The notes beneath the pieces are model-generated. The model was given only the letters and a program-made list of their open reading frames with translations. It had not been told where the DNA came from and ran no database searches. Source: Alphaproteobacteria bacterium (lineage in GTDB: Bacteria; Pseudomonadota; Alphaproteobacteria; Sphingomonadales; Govanellaceae). From it: a DNA stretch of 51,815 bases. A program made the position numbers and the translations under genes. Below are positions 26,141 to 36,104 of the stretch, piece by piece (within the stretch, counting starts at the first letter, position 1; each line of letters opens with the position of its first letter). The stretch is from positions 1 through 51,815 of the forward strand of contig JBBCIP010000173.1 of assembly GCA_037189785.1 (NCBI GenBank). The letters are read 5' to 3'.

Positions 26141-27568
26141 ATGTCTATTGATTTTGATCACACATACAGCATGACCATCAATGGCAAATCTGTTGATGCG
26201 ACGCATAGCTTTGATGCGTATAATCCAGCGACCGAGGACGTGATTGCCGCTGTTCCCGACGCCAGCCGCGATCAATTGAATGCGGCAGTTGCAGCGGCCA
26301 AAGCGGCGTTCCCAAACTGGAGCACACGGCCGATCGCGGAACGCCAGGCGTTGGTTGCGAAAATAGGCGACGTCATCGAAACGCATGCCGAAGAACTCAT
26401 GCGATTACTGACGCGCGAACAGGGCAAACCCCGCGCCGGCGCCGAATGGGAAATCATGGGGTCGGTGATCTGGTGTCGGGAGATCGCGACACAATCCTTG
26501 CCGGTTCATGTGGTGGAACAACAACCCGGTCGGGTGGTGGAAACCAGCCGCGTGCCTTTGGGGGTTGTCGGTGCCATCACGCCGTGGAATTTCCCCGTGC
26601 TATTGGCGATCTGGAAAATCGCCCCGGCGTTGGTGGCGGGCAACACGATGGTGTTGAAACCATCACCGTTTACGTCGCTGTGCACGTTGAAGCTTGGCGA
26701 ATTGTTGCGCGATGTTTTGCCGCCCGGGGTTTTAAATGTTGTCTCCGGCGGCAATGATCTTGGGGCGTGGATCACGCAACACCCGGACATTCGCAAAATC
26801 AGTTTCACCGGATCAACGGCCACAGGCCGCAAAATCATGGAATCAGCATCGGGTAATCTGAAACGCATCACGCTCGAACTTGGCGGCAATGATCCGGCCA
26901 TTGTATTGCCCGATGTGGATGTGGAGCAAACAGCGGAAAAACTATTTTGGGCCGCGTTTCAAAATAGTGCGCAATTCTGTGTCGCGGCGAAACGCATTTA
27001 TGTTCATGAGTCTATTTATGATCAGCTTTCGGCGGCGCTGGTGGCGTTTGCGAAAACGGTCAAGGTTGGTGATGGTGCGCATCAGGGCACCGGCTTAGGG
27101 CCCATTCAGAATAAAATGCAGTTCGAAAAACTGCGCGATCTGTTGCAAGACGCCAAAGACAACGATCAAAAATTCTTCTTGGGTGGTGATATTCCGGATG
27201 GGCGCGGCTATTTTGTGCCGATCACCATTCTTGATAATCCTCCGGAAGACAGCCGTGTTGTTAAGGAAGAAGCGTTCGGTCCGGTGCTGCCGTTGCTACG
27301 CTACACTGATATTGACGAGGTGATTGCCCGCGCCAATGACTCGGAATACGGGTTGGCGGCGTCGGTGTGGGCCAAAGACATCGACAAAGCCCGCAAGATC
27401 GCCAGCCGTATCGAAGCGGGCACGGTTTGGATCAATGAAGTTCATAGTTTTTCCCCGCACGTCGCGTTTGGGGGCCATAAACAATCGGGAATAGGGATTG
27501 AAAATGCACTGGAAGGATTGGCGGAATATACCAATGCACAAACAGTGGTGGTGAACGAGGGGCTATAA
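26141..27568 (+). CDS. NAD(P)-dependent aldehyde dehydrogenase
   Basis: ITPWNFP, FTGSTATG, LELGGND, catalytic Cys in NSAQFCVA, EEAFGP, YGLAASVW. Confidence 0.95.
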   Translation: MSIDFDHTYSMTINGKSVDATHSFDAYNPATEDVIAAVPDASRDQLNAAVAAAKAAFPNWSTRPIAERQALVAKIGDVIETHAEELMRLLTREQGKPRAGAEWEIMGSVIWCREIATQSLPVHVVEQQPGRVVETSRVPLGVVGAITPWNFPVLLAIWKIAPALVAGNTMVLKPSPFTSLCTLKLGELLRDVLPPGVLNVVSGGNDLGAWITQHPDIRKISFTGSTATGRKIMESASGNLKRITLELGGNDPAIVLPDVDVEQTAEKLFWAAFQNSAQFCVAAKRIYVHESIYDQLSAALVAFAKTVKVGDGAHQGTGLGPIQNKMQFEKLRDLLQDAKDNDQKFFLGGDIPDGRGYFVPITILDNPPEDSRVVKEEAFGPVLPLLRYTDIDEVIARANDSEYGLAASVWAKDIDKARKIASRIEAGTVWINEVHSFSPHVAFGGHKQSGIGIENALEGLAEYTNAQTVVVNEGL

Positions 27569-27668
27569 AGGCCACTCAAGCGGTTGAGCTAAAACATGAA
27601 ACGAAGACATGAGTGCAGTTTGTATAAACTGCAAACGGGCGGCTTTTTCCAAATTTTGGGAGGTAAAT

Positions 27669-29864
27669 ATGCAAACGGATAATCACAAAATAAAAATGAC
27701 GGCTTCTGTGTTAGGCGCGACAGCGATCGTGCTTATGTCGGCGCATGCTTTCGCGCAAGGAACTGGCGGCGACGTTATCGAGGAAATCGTCATCACGGCG
27801 TTGAAACGCAGCACCACAGTTCAAGATATCCCGACGACTGTTCAAGTGATCAGCGGCGACAGCATGCGCAACGCGGCGATTGTCTCGATCGATCAAATTA
27901 CGCAAGTTGTGCCTGGTGTGCGTATTCAAACGGCACCGGCCGGTTTGGTAAACCCAACCATGCGCGGGTTGGGGTCGAGCCCATCCAACAATTCGTTTGA
28001 ACAAACGGTTGGTCTGTTCATCGATGGTGTATTCTTGGGCCATCCCCGCGATTACACCCTGGCGCTTTTTGATATCGAGCGGATCGAGCTTTTGAAAGGC
28101 ACGCAATCGGCGGTTCTTGGTAAGAACACCAGTGTCGGCGCCATCAGTGTGGTGACAAAAAAGCCCGGCAATGAACTGGCCGCAGAAGCCAGTTACACCC
28201 ACGAATTTGAACTGGGCGGCCATATTCTGGATGCGGCCGTCAATCTGCCGATCAGCGATACATTGGCGTTACGCGTGGCCGGTCAATTAAATCGTCAAGA
28301 CGGCCATCTTGAAAACAGTGTCGCTGGGCGTGATGAACCGAAAACCAAAAGCGGCGGCGTGCGGGCAACCCTGCGCTGGACCCCGACCGACGATTTAACC
28401 TGGACCGTCTCGGCCCAGCATTCGGAATACCGCCAAATCGGGTATCCGTTCTATGCCGGGCGCGATAGCGGCGGTTTGTTGCGGCAAACGGCGGCGCTCT
28501 ATGGTGATCCGAATTTCATCGCGGCGGTCAATGACATGCCGCGTCAAACGGGACGTGCGGGCGACGTCGATCTCGGCATCGACACCAAGGGTCAGCGCTA
28601 TACCTCGGATATCGTCTGGAGCCTTGGTGACTATACGATCACGGCGCTGACCGGCTATTCGAAATACGATGACTTCCAAATGGTGAGCTTGACCGGAACA
28701 ATCAATAATCCCGGTTTACGTAGTGGGCGTGAAGCCAATAAATCCTTTTCGCAAGAACTGCGTATTGTATCGCCTGATACCGGGCGGTTCACATGGTTGG
28801 CCGGTGTTTACTATTACCATGACAAATGGGATTTTGATGATACGTTCGATATTCTGCCGATGGCCGGGACCCCGATCAGTGGCGCCACCAGAACTTATTA
28901 TCGCCAAAAAACCGAAACGATTTCCGGCTTTGCTCAAGGCACATTGGAGCTTGTCGACGATTTGAAAGCGACGATCGGGATCCGCTATGATGATGCCAAA
29001 AAGCACGGTGATTATCGCCGGGATATTTTGCGCCCGGGATTGTTCACAAGTTTGGTGTATCGCCCCTTTGATCCAACGGCTTTGAAACGCAGTGAGTCGT
29101 TCTTCGATTATTCCGGTAGCTTGCAATACACGGTGTTCGACAACACCATGCTCTATGCAAGCTACGCAACTGGATCGAAGGGCGGCGGGTTCCAAGTCGA
29201 TCCGACGACGATCGATCAAGCCGAATTCCCGGATGAAACGGCGAAAACCATCGAAGTCGGTGCAAAAATCGATCTTGGTCAAGGCAGCCGTTTGAACCTT
29301 GCCGTGTTCAACACCAAAGTGAAAGATTATCAAATCGCGTTCTTCCAAGGCACGAATTTCGTCGTCCGCGCCGATCAAGTGCGGTCGCGCGGCGCCGAGG
29401 CGGAGATTTTCTTAAATTTGACCGAAGGTCTATCGGCATCAGCCAACGTGACCTATGCGGACGCGAAAAAGACCGTACCCATTGCCAATTCAATTGATGG
29501 CTTGCCGTTTGCCCCGAAATGGAGCGGTGTCGCCAAAATCAATTACAACACCAGTATAAGTGATAGCCTGACCTTCGCCGGGGAGGTCATGGCCGAGTTT
29601 CGATCAAAGCAACATTTGAATGATGTGTTGAGTCTTGTCGAAGCCAATCCGGATCTTTTGGTTGCTGACGGATATGCAAAATTCAATGCGCGTCTTGCCA
29701 TTGCTCATGAACAGCATGGTCTGGAGGTTGCGTTCATTGCCAAGAATATTTTTGACAAAGCCGTTGTCAATTACGCTTTTCCGGCCATTTTCCAAACCGG
29801 CGGCATGATGATCAATACCGATCAGCCGCGCACATTGGCGGTGCAGCTTTCAGTTAAATACTAA
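27669..29864 (+). CDS. TonB-dependent receptor
   Basis: Signal peptide ...AHAFA, TonB box IEEIVITA, plug DIERIELLKGTQSAVLGKNTSVGAI, C-terminal PRTLAVQLSVKY. Start ATG 27669 with GGGAGG RBS. Confidence 0.95.
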   Translation: MQTDNHKIKMTASVLGATAIVLMSAHAFAQGTGGDVIEEIVITALKRSTTVQDIPTTVQVISGDSMRNAAIVSIDQITQVVPGVRIQTAPAGLVNPTMRGLGSSPSNNSFEQTVGLFIDGVFLGHPRDYTLALFDIERIELLKGTQSAVLGKNTSVGAISVVTKKPGNELAAEASYTHEFELGGHILDAAVNLPISDTLALRVAGQLNRQDGHLENSVAGRDEPKTKSGGVRATLRWTPTDDLTWTVSAQHSEYRQIGYPFYAGRDSGGLLRQTAALYGDPNFIAAVNDMPRQTGRAGDVDLGIDTKGQRYTSDIVWSLGDYTITALTGYSKYDDFQMVSLTGTINNPGLRSGREANKSFSQELRIVSPDTGRFTWLAGVYYYHDKWDFDDTFDILPMAGTPISGATRTYYRQKTETISGFAQGTLELVDDLKATIGIRYDDAKKHGDYRRDILRPGLFTSLVYRPFDPTALKRSESFFDYSGSLQYTVFDNTMLYASYATGSKGGGFQVDPTTIDQAEFPDETAKTIEVGAKIDLGQGSRLNLAVFNTKVKDYQIAFFQGTNFVVRADQVRSRGAEAEIFLNLTEGLSASANVTYADAKKTVPIANSIDGLPFAPKWSGVAKINYNTSISDSLTFAGEVMAEFRSKQHLNDVLSLVEANPDLLVADGYAKFNARLAIAHEQHGLEVAFIAKNIFDKAVVNYAFPAIFQTGGMMINTDQPRTLAVQLSVKY

Positions 29865-29880
29865 CCGCTCGACTATAATC

Positions 29881-29917
29881 AGTCCGCATCGGTGCTGTGC
29901 CGGTGCGGGCTTTTTTT
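29881..29917 (+). terminator. Intrinsic terminator
   Basis: Stem AGTCCGCATCGGT / GCCGGTGCGGGCT (with G-U pairs) followed by T7. Confidence 0.85.
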
Positions 29918-29925
29918 ATGGGCGA

Positions 29926-30378
29926 TTAGCGTGATGCAACGTTGCGTAAGGTGAAGCTCGAATGAATGCGCGATACACCGGGCAGATTGGATAAGACTTC
30001 GGTGTGGATTCGTTCGTAATCTGCGGTGTTGATGGCGACCACGCGCAATAAATAATCAGCGCTGCCGGTCATCAAATAACATTCGCGAATTTCCGGGTAT
30101 TTGCGCACCGACATTTCGAATTTTCGCATATAGGCTTCGGTTTGGCGGTCGAGCGTGATTTGCACGATGACGACGGCGGTGTTTTCCTGTGGGTGCTCGT
30201 CAATGATGGCGGTATAGCCGCGAATGACGCCGCTTTGTTCCAGCAGCCGCAACCGCCGCAAGCAGGCGGATGGGGACAGCCCCACTTCCTCGGCCAGTTT
30301 GGCATTGCTGATCCGACCATCGACCCGCAATGTTTGCAAAATTTTGTTATCGGTCGCGTCCAGATCAGATATGCGCAT
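29926..30378 (-). CDS. Lrp/AsnC-family regulator, divergent from alr-dadA
   Basis: LDATDNKILQTLRVDGRISNAKLAEEVGLSPSACLRR, ECYLMTGSADY. Very AT-rich divergent promoter at 30380-30480. Confidence 0.95.
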   Translation of the reverse strand: MRISDLDATDNKILQTLRVDGRISNAKLAEEVGLSPSACLRRLRLLEQSGVIRGYTAIIDEHPQENTAVVIVQITLDRQTEAYMRKFEMSVRKYPEIRECYLMTGSADYLLRVVAINTADYERIHTEVLSNLPGVSRIHSSFTLRNVASR

Positions 30379-30507
30379 AAACCACCAAATATGTGATATA
30401 ATATTCTAATATTTTATATATATGAAATTATATGTGAATAATATCAAAAAAATTCTAATAATTTATCAGTATGATAGAGCGTCCTATGGGTTGCTGAGGT
30501 GGGCTCT

Positions 30508-31671
30508 ATGCGCGGTCAAACACATTGTCTGATGAACGAGGATGTTGCCGTTATTGGCTCTCAGTCGTCCGCTACGGCATGGGGGCGATTGACGATCGAT
30601 TTGGCGGCGCTCGCACAGAATTATCGTTTGCTGCGGGATCGTGCCGCGCCTGCGGCCTGTGCTGGGGTTGTGAAGGCGGACGCCTATGGTCTTGGCGCGC
30701 GCCCGGTATCGGCGGCGCTTTATGCCGAAGGCTGCCGCCATTTTTTCGTCGCGCATTTGAGCGAAGGCTTGGATTTGCGGGCGCATCTGCCGACCGATGC
30801 CGCGATCTATGTTTTAAATGGTTTATTGCCGGGCACAGAACAGGACTGTGCCGCCTCCAACATCATCCCGGTCGTCAACAGTGTCGCGCAATTTTATGCC
30901 TGGACCGATTTGGCCATGCAATTGGGCCAGAAATTGGGCCAGAAATTGCCGACGGTGATTCAAGTCGATACTGGGATGTCACGGCTCGGTTTGGCGTCTG
31001 AGGACGCCGCGCGCGTCGCCAAAGAGACGGATCGTCTGGGCGCCATCGATCTTCGCTATGTGATGAGCCACTTGGCCTGTGCCGAGCAAATCCACAAACC
31101 GGCCAATGACCAACAACTGGCGGCTTTCCGCCGGTTGAAGGCGTTGTTCCCACAGGCCGGTGGATCGTTGGCCAATTCATCCGGGATATTCTTGGGCGCT
31201 GATTACCATTTTGATTTGGTGCGCCCGGGCGCGGCCCTATACGGGTTATCGCCGGTCGAAGACGGCCCCAATCCCATGGCCGCTGTGGTGCAGTTGGAGG
31301 TGCAGGTTATCCAAACCCGGCACATTCAAGCGGGCCAATCGGTCGGTTATGGCTACACCGCGACCGCTCCCGGCCCGATGCGGCTCGCGACGGTGTCTGT
31401 CGGTTATGCCGATGGTTGGCTGCGGAGTTTAAGCAGCCGCGGCGCCGCTTATTACAACGACCTGCGCCTGCCGATTGTCGGGCGCGTCTCCATGGACAGC
31501 ATGACCATCGACATCGGTGCATTGCCCGAAGATATGCCCGATGCTTTTCGGGTTGATCTGATCGGTCCTTATCAAACAGCCGATGACGTAGCGCGTGACA
31601 GCGGCACCATTGGTTACGAAATTCTGACAAGTCTGGGGCAACGCTATGCCCGCCGGTATGTCGGTGGATGA
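30508..31671 (+). CDS. alr: Alanine racemase
   Basis: VVKADAYG (PLP Lys), VDTGMSRLG, MSHLACA, VRPG, VGYG, VGYADG, GRVSMD, TIGYEILTSL. Start ATG 30508 after GAGG (30532 also possible). Confidence 0.95.
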   Translation: MRGQTHCLMNEDVAVIGSQSSATAWGRLTIDLAALAQNYRLLRDRAAPAACAGVVKADAYGLGARPVSAALYAEGCRHFFVAHLSEGLDLRAHLPTDAAIYVLNGLLPGTEQDCAASNIIPVVNSVAQFYAWTDLAMQLGQKLGQKLPTVIQVDTGMSRLGLASEDAARVAKETDRLGAIDLRYVMSHLACAEQIHKPANDQQLAAFRRLKALFPQAGGSLANSSGIFLGADYHFDLVRPGAALYGLSPVEDGPNPMAAVVQLEVQVIQTRHIQAGQSVGYGYTATAPGPMRLATVSVGYADGWLRSLSSRGAAYYNDLRLPIVGRVSMDSMTIDIGALPEDMPDAFRVDLIGPYQTADDVARDSGTIGYEILTSLGQRYARRYVGG

Positions 31672-31727
31672 TGACGTGATGTCATCACTACAATCAGTCT
31701 CATTTTAAATTTCACGGAAGATCGATC

Positions 31728-32981
31728 GTGCATATCATTATTCTCGGCAGTGGCGTTATCGGGGTGACATCGGCGTATTACCTGGCGAAGGCCGGTCATA
31801 AAGTCACGGTTATTGATCGTCAGCCCGGTCCGGCGCTGGAAACAAGTTTTGCCAACGCCGGGGAGATATCACCGGGGTATGCGTCGCCCTGGGCTGGGCC
31901 GGATGTGCCGTTGAAAGCGTTTAAATGGCTGACCATGAAACATTCGCCGTTGGTGGTGCGCCCCAGCCTTGATCCGGCGCAGTGGTCGTGGATGCTGAGC
32001 ATGCTGCGCAATTGCACGTCCGAACGCTATGCGCTGAATAAAAGCCGCATGGTGCGGATTGCGGAATATAGCCGTGATTGTTTGCGGGCGCTGCGGGCCG
32101 ACATCGGCATTGACTACGATCATCGCAGCCAAGGCACATTGCAATTGTTCAGGACACAAAAACAAGTCGATGGTGCGGCCAAGGATGTCGAGGTCTTGCA
32201 AGCCTATGGTGTTCCGTTCAACGTGCTGGATCGCGACGGCTGTGTTGCGGCCGAACCGGCTTTGGCCGCTGTGCGTGACAAAATTGCCGGTGGTTTGCAA
32301 TTGCCGGATGATGAAACCGGCGACTGTTTTATCTTCACCAACAAACTTGCGGAACACGCGACGGCGTTGGGGGTGACATTCGAGTACGGTGTCACCATCA
32401 AAAAAATTGAAACAGCAGGTGGGCAGGTGACAGGGATTGTCACCGATCGCCAGCACTATCATGGTGACGCGTATGTGGTGGCGATGGGCAGCTATTCGCC
32501 GCTGTTGTTGAAGACGATCGGCATTTCCATTCCGGTTTATCCGGTCAAGGGGTATTCCATCACCGTGCCGATCACCAATGCCGATGCGGCGCCGGTATCG
32601 ACGGTCATGGATGAAACCTATAAAATTGCGATCACGCGATTGGGGGACCGGATCCGGGTCGGCGGCACGGCGGAGATTGCTGGATTTAATGCGGATCTGC
32701 CGCGGTCTCGGCGCGAAACATTGGAATATTCGGTGTGTGATTTATTCCCCAACGGCGGCAATGTAACGGCGGCGACATTCTGGGCCGGACATCGTCCGAT
32801 GACGCCGGACGGTACACCGATTATCGGGCCGACGCGGTACAACAATCTTTATCTGAATACCGGTCACGGCACCTTGGGCTGGACCATGGCATGCGGGAGC
32901 GGCAAAGTATTCGCCGATCAATTATCCGGCTTACGTCCGGACATCGATACCGATGATTACGCAATGACCCGCTACGCCTGA
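31728..32981 (+). CDS. dadA: D-amino acid dehydrogenase
   Basis: [55 protein letters not shown]. Confidence 0.96.
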   Translation: MHIIILGSGVIGVTSAYYLAKAGHKVTVIDRQPGPALETSFANAGEISPGYASPWAGPDVPLKAFKWLTMKHSPLVVRPSLDPAQWSWMLSMLRNCTSERYALNKSRMVRIAEYSRDCLRALRADIGIDYDHRSQGTLQLFRTQKQVDGAAKDVEVLQAYGVPFNVLDRDGCVAAEPALAAVRDKIAGGLQLPDDETGDCFIFTNKLAEHATALGVTFEYGVTIKKIETAGGQVTGIVTDRQHYHGDAYVVAMGSYSPLLLKTIGISIPVYPVKGYSITVPITNADAAPVSTVMDETYKIAITRLGDRIRVGGTAEIAGFNADLPRSRRETLEYSVCDLFPNGGNVTAATFWAGHRPMTPDGTPIIGPTRYNNLYLNTGHGTLGWTMACGSGKVFADQLSGLRPDIDTDDYAMTRYA

Positions 32982-32990
32982 CTTTAGAAA

Positions 32991-33021
32991 ACTGGGTGAC
33001 ACCCTGTGGCCGTCACCCAGT
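32991..33021. terminator. Inverted repeat between convergent dadA and peroxiredoxin genes
   Basis: ACTGGGTGAC / GTCACCCAGT, a perfect 10-bp stem with an 11-nt loop. Confidence 0.6.
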
Positions 33022-33035
33022 CTCAACGATGTCGC

Positions 33036-33587
33036 TTATTGGTGTTGTTGTTCCCAGGCGGTCACAGCTTCCAATGTTTTTTCAATATGCGGACGTGGGG
33101 GCAAACCCTTGTGCACATATAAGATCGTGCTATCCGGCGCGATGACATAGGAAATGCGGTCGGCATAATCCGGTTTTACTTTCATCACGGCATCATAGGC
33201 TTCGGTCACGGATTTTGTGGGGTCAGCGGCCACGGCGAATTTGCTGCGACATTCGGATACCGAAAATTTATGCAGGGTTTCGAGATTGTCGGTCGATACG
33301 CCGATTACCGTCGCGCCATGTTTTGCGAAGTCATCGGTGGCTTCTGCGAATTCATTGGCTTCAACTGTGCAGCCGGGGGTGAAGGCTGCCGGATAGAAAT
33401 AAAGCACCACCGGTCCTTTGGTTAAGGCTTCGTCCAGTTTGAACGTAAATGGCTTGCCGGCCAACGATGCCTCCAGGGCAAAATTCGGGGCTTTATCACC
33501 GGCCTTCAATCCGGCGGACGCTGGGGCAAACCACAAGGCAACGGCCCCCAGTACAAAAAACACCACCACTCCAGCTATGTATCTCAT
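33036..33587 (-). CDS. Peroxiredoxin (BCP/PrxQ-like) with signal peptide
   Basis: VVLYFYPAAFTPGCTVEA (PxxxTxxC), IGVSTD, R-x-SYVI; hydrophobic N-terminus ending ASA. Confidence 0.9.
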   Translation of the reverse strand: MRYIAGVVVFFVLGAVALWFAPASAGLKAGDKAPNFALEASLAGKPFTFKLDEALTKGPVVLYFYPAAFTPGCTVEANEFAEATDDFAKHGATVIGVSTDNLETLHKFSVSECRSKFAVAADPTKSVTEAYDAVMKVKPDYADRISYVIAPDSTILYVHKGLPPRPHIEKTLEAVTAWEQQHQ

Positions 33588-33796
33588 CGCTATGGGATCC
33601 TTGGTTAGACTGTTATGGAGATGACTATAATACGCTCGCCGCGCGATGACAGGCTATTTTGTCGGGCTGTGGTCCTGGCTATGGGCTTGGCCGCCTGTTT
33701 GACCCGAGGCCGTCAACGCTTGCGCCACTTTGGGCGAACGCCTATGATGGCCGCCATAGCTAGCTAACGCATTGTAATCATATAGAAAGAAATGCC

Positions 33797-34408
33797 ATGA
33801 CCGTCCATTTCCATGTTCGCGATCTGCCGGATGGCTTGTCGTTTCAAGGGGCCGTTGCGGTCGATAGCGAAACCATGGGCCTACAACCGCTGCGCGACCG
33901 GTTGTGCTTGGTGCAGTTATCTGCAGGCGATGGTATTTCGCATCTGGTGCAAATTCTGCCCGGGCAGACGGAAGCGCCCAATCTGAAGCGGTTGATGGAA
34001 GATCCGGCGGTTCTCAAGATTTTCCATTATGCGCGCTTTGATATCGCAGTGTTGCATCATGCTTTGGGGATCAGGACGGCGCCGCTTTATTGCACCAAAA
34101 TCGTCTCAAAATTGGTGCGCACCTATACCGATCGTCATGGCTTGAAAGATCTGTGTCGCGAATTGCTCGGGATCGAGCTTTCTAAGCTACAACAATCTTC
34201 AGATTGGGGGGCGGCCCAACTCAGTGAAGCGCAATTGGCCTATGCCGCCTCAGATGTGCTCTATCTCCACCAGCTTAAGGAAAAGCTTGATCTGATGCTG
34301 GAACGGGCCGGACGCCGTCACCTTGCCGAAGCGGCCTTTGCTTTCCTGCCGAGCCGGGCCGAGCTCGATTTGCTGGGCTGGGATGCCGACGACATCTTTG
34401 CCCATTAG
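33797..34408 (+). CDS. rnd: Ribonuclease D-like 3'-5' exonuclease (short form)
   Basis: AVDSETMGL...RDRLCLVQLS, KIFHYARFD, RTYTDRHGLKDL, QQSSDW, YAASDV. Confidence 0.92.
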   Translation: MTVHFHVRDLPDGLSFQGAVAVDSETMGLQPLRDRLCLVQLSAGDGISHLVQILPGQTEAPNLKRLMEDPAVLKIFHYARFDIAVLHHALGIRTAPLYCTKIVSKLVRTYTDRHGLKDLCRELLGIELSKLQQSSDWGAAQLSEAQLAYAASDVLYLHQLKEKLDLMLERAGRRHLAEAAFAFLPSRAELDLLGWDADDIFAH

Positions 34409-34594
34409 ACCTTGGCAGCGGCCAAGGCGGGGGGTGGCGCGGCCATTCCAGGACAAAGGTCTCAAGGCTGTTGATATTTTTGTAAAACTTTTCGAATATC
34501 TAAGGTAGTGTCCGGCATGAGTTTTGCTTGTCGGCGGAATTCGGCGTGTTTACTTGGTTTTCGTGCGTTTGTTAGGAAGGTTTGCGCGACTCTC

Positions 34595-35353
34595 ATGGCT
34601 GCTCGGGATGGACATAACGGTAATGAGCCTGGATCGGGTCGTAAGATTGGGCGTGGCGCCAACCAGGACCAATCGCGCCCAGATGTGTTCGCACAACGGA
34701 CAGTGACGTCCGATAGCGACTCAGCCGCCCGTAGCCGCCTTTTGAAGCGGGTGCTGCCGATTACGACCGGAATTTTGGTGGTCGTGATGCTGGCCTGGCC
34801 GCTTTTGAGCAAGCGGGCCGATAATGTCAGCCTGTCGTTTAAGGAAATCGCCCGCCGCGGCGAGCAGGTGCGGGTGGTGGGTGCCCATTACATGGGGACA
34901 GACGTCCTGAATCGTCCGTTTGAAATCAGTGCCGAAACCGCAGTTCAAGACGGGGTCGATGCCGAAGAAGCCAATCTGACCGGGATCAAGGCCAGTATTG
35001 AAATCAGCCCCGACGAAACCGTAACGGTCACCGGTGGCGAAGGTATTTATGCCCGGCGCAAGGATCATTTATCCCTGACACGCGGGATCGTATTTTCAAC
35101 CGATAGCGGCTATCGGATCGACTCGGAAAAGGCCGATATCGACCTGGCCGCGGGTGTTGCAACCAGTAAATCCGCCGTCAAAGGGGCGGCCTCGTTCGGC
35201 TCGTTCTCGGCCAATGGGTTTACCTTGGATGCGAAAAAGCAGTCCTTGGTCCTGGATGGGGGCGTCAAAGTGCGCCTTGAACCGGGCAAAGACAGTGATC
35301 GGGCCGCCGGTGTCGGGGCTGTAGACCCTGCCACAGAGCCAGCGGCGGAATAA
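34595..35353 (+). CDS. lptC: LPS export protein LptC
   Basis: Single TM after RSRLLKRVLP, beta-jellyroll-like G-D...RPFEISA..A.Q; lies before lptA/lptB. Start uncertain. Confidence 0.8.
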   Translation: MAARDGHNGNEPGSGRKIGRGANQDQSRPDVFAQRTVTSDSDSAARSRLLKRVLPITTGILVVVMLAWPLLSKRADNVSLSFKEIARRGEQVRVVGAHYMGTDVLNRPFEISAETAVQDGVDAEEANLTGIKASIEISPDETVTVTGGEGIYARRKDHLSLTRGIVFSTDSGYRIDSEKADIDLAAGVATSKSAVKGAASFGSFSANGFTLDAKKQSLVLDGGVKVRLEPGKDSDRAAGVGAVDPATEPAAE

Positions 35354-35366
35354 GGACAGGAGTGAC

Positions 35367-35981
35367 GTGGTGAATAAAAGGATTTCTATGTCCCACTATA
35401 AATTGACCCAAGATGCCGTGCGGGCTGTTTCCCCGCTCTGGTTGGTGGCTGTGTTGATGATCGGGGTGGTTCCTGAGGCCCCGGCGGCGACAAGTGGTGT
35501 TTCCGCGCTGAAAAGCCACGACACCGAACAACCGATCGATATATCCGCGGATCGCCTTGAGGTACGTTCCAAGGACGATGTGGCGGTGTTCGAAGGTCGG
35601 GTGGAAGCCGTGCAAAAGGATCTGACCCTCAAATCCGACCGGGTCACGGTCTATTATCAGACCAAATCCGGCAAAACCAAGCCGAGCGGCACACCATCGA
35701 CCATTTCTCGAATTGATGCGGCCGGGAATGTCCAGCTCGAGACGCCAAGTGAGCAAGCGACCGCCAATTGGGGCGTTTACGACATGGAAAAGAGGATTTT
35801 GACCCTGGGCGGATCGGTGGTGCTGAACCGTGGCGACGTGGTGGTGCGCGGTGACCGGTTGCAGGTTGATCTGGATAGCGGCGTCACCAAGCTTGATACC
35901 GCAGATGCCGGAACCGGCGGCGGCCAGGGCCGAGTCCGCGGGCGATTCGTACCGGCCGAGAAGACCGGCGGTGGGTCCTAG
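35367..35981 (+). CDS. lptA: LPS transport periplasmic protein LptA
   Basis: PIDISADRLEV...AVFEGRVEAVQ...RIDAAGNV...GDRL.VDL..G...GRVRGRF (OstA-like). Confidence 0.9.
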   Translation: MVNKRISMSHYKLTQDAVRAVSPLWLVAVLMIGVVPEAPAATSGVSALKSHDTEQPIDISADRLEVRSKDDVAVFEGRVEAVQKDLTLKSDRVTVYYQTKSGKTKPSGTPSTISRIDAAGNVQLETPSEQATANWGVYDMEKRILTLGGSVVLNRGDVVVRGDRLQVDLDSGVTKLDTADAGTGGGQGRVRGRFVPAEKTGGGS

Positions 35982-36104
35982 GACTGCTGAGCGACCCAGA
36001 AAACTGCCGATTTCTGAGGTTAGGATCAAGCGGTCTGCAAAAAATGGGCCGATTTTGGTCAAATGTTAAAAATGCACACTCTTTTTTAAGGCGTTGAGCG
36101 TTCA

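Noticed and set aside
1-29917. Mobile genomic island or prophage boundaries
   Set aside because: No integrase, transposase, tRNA or flanking direct repeats seen. Accessory status is inferred from gene content only.
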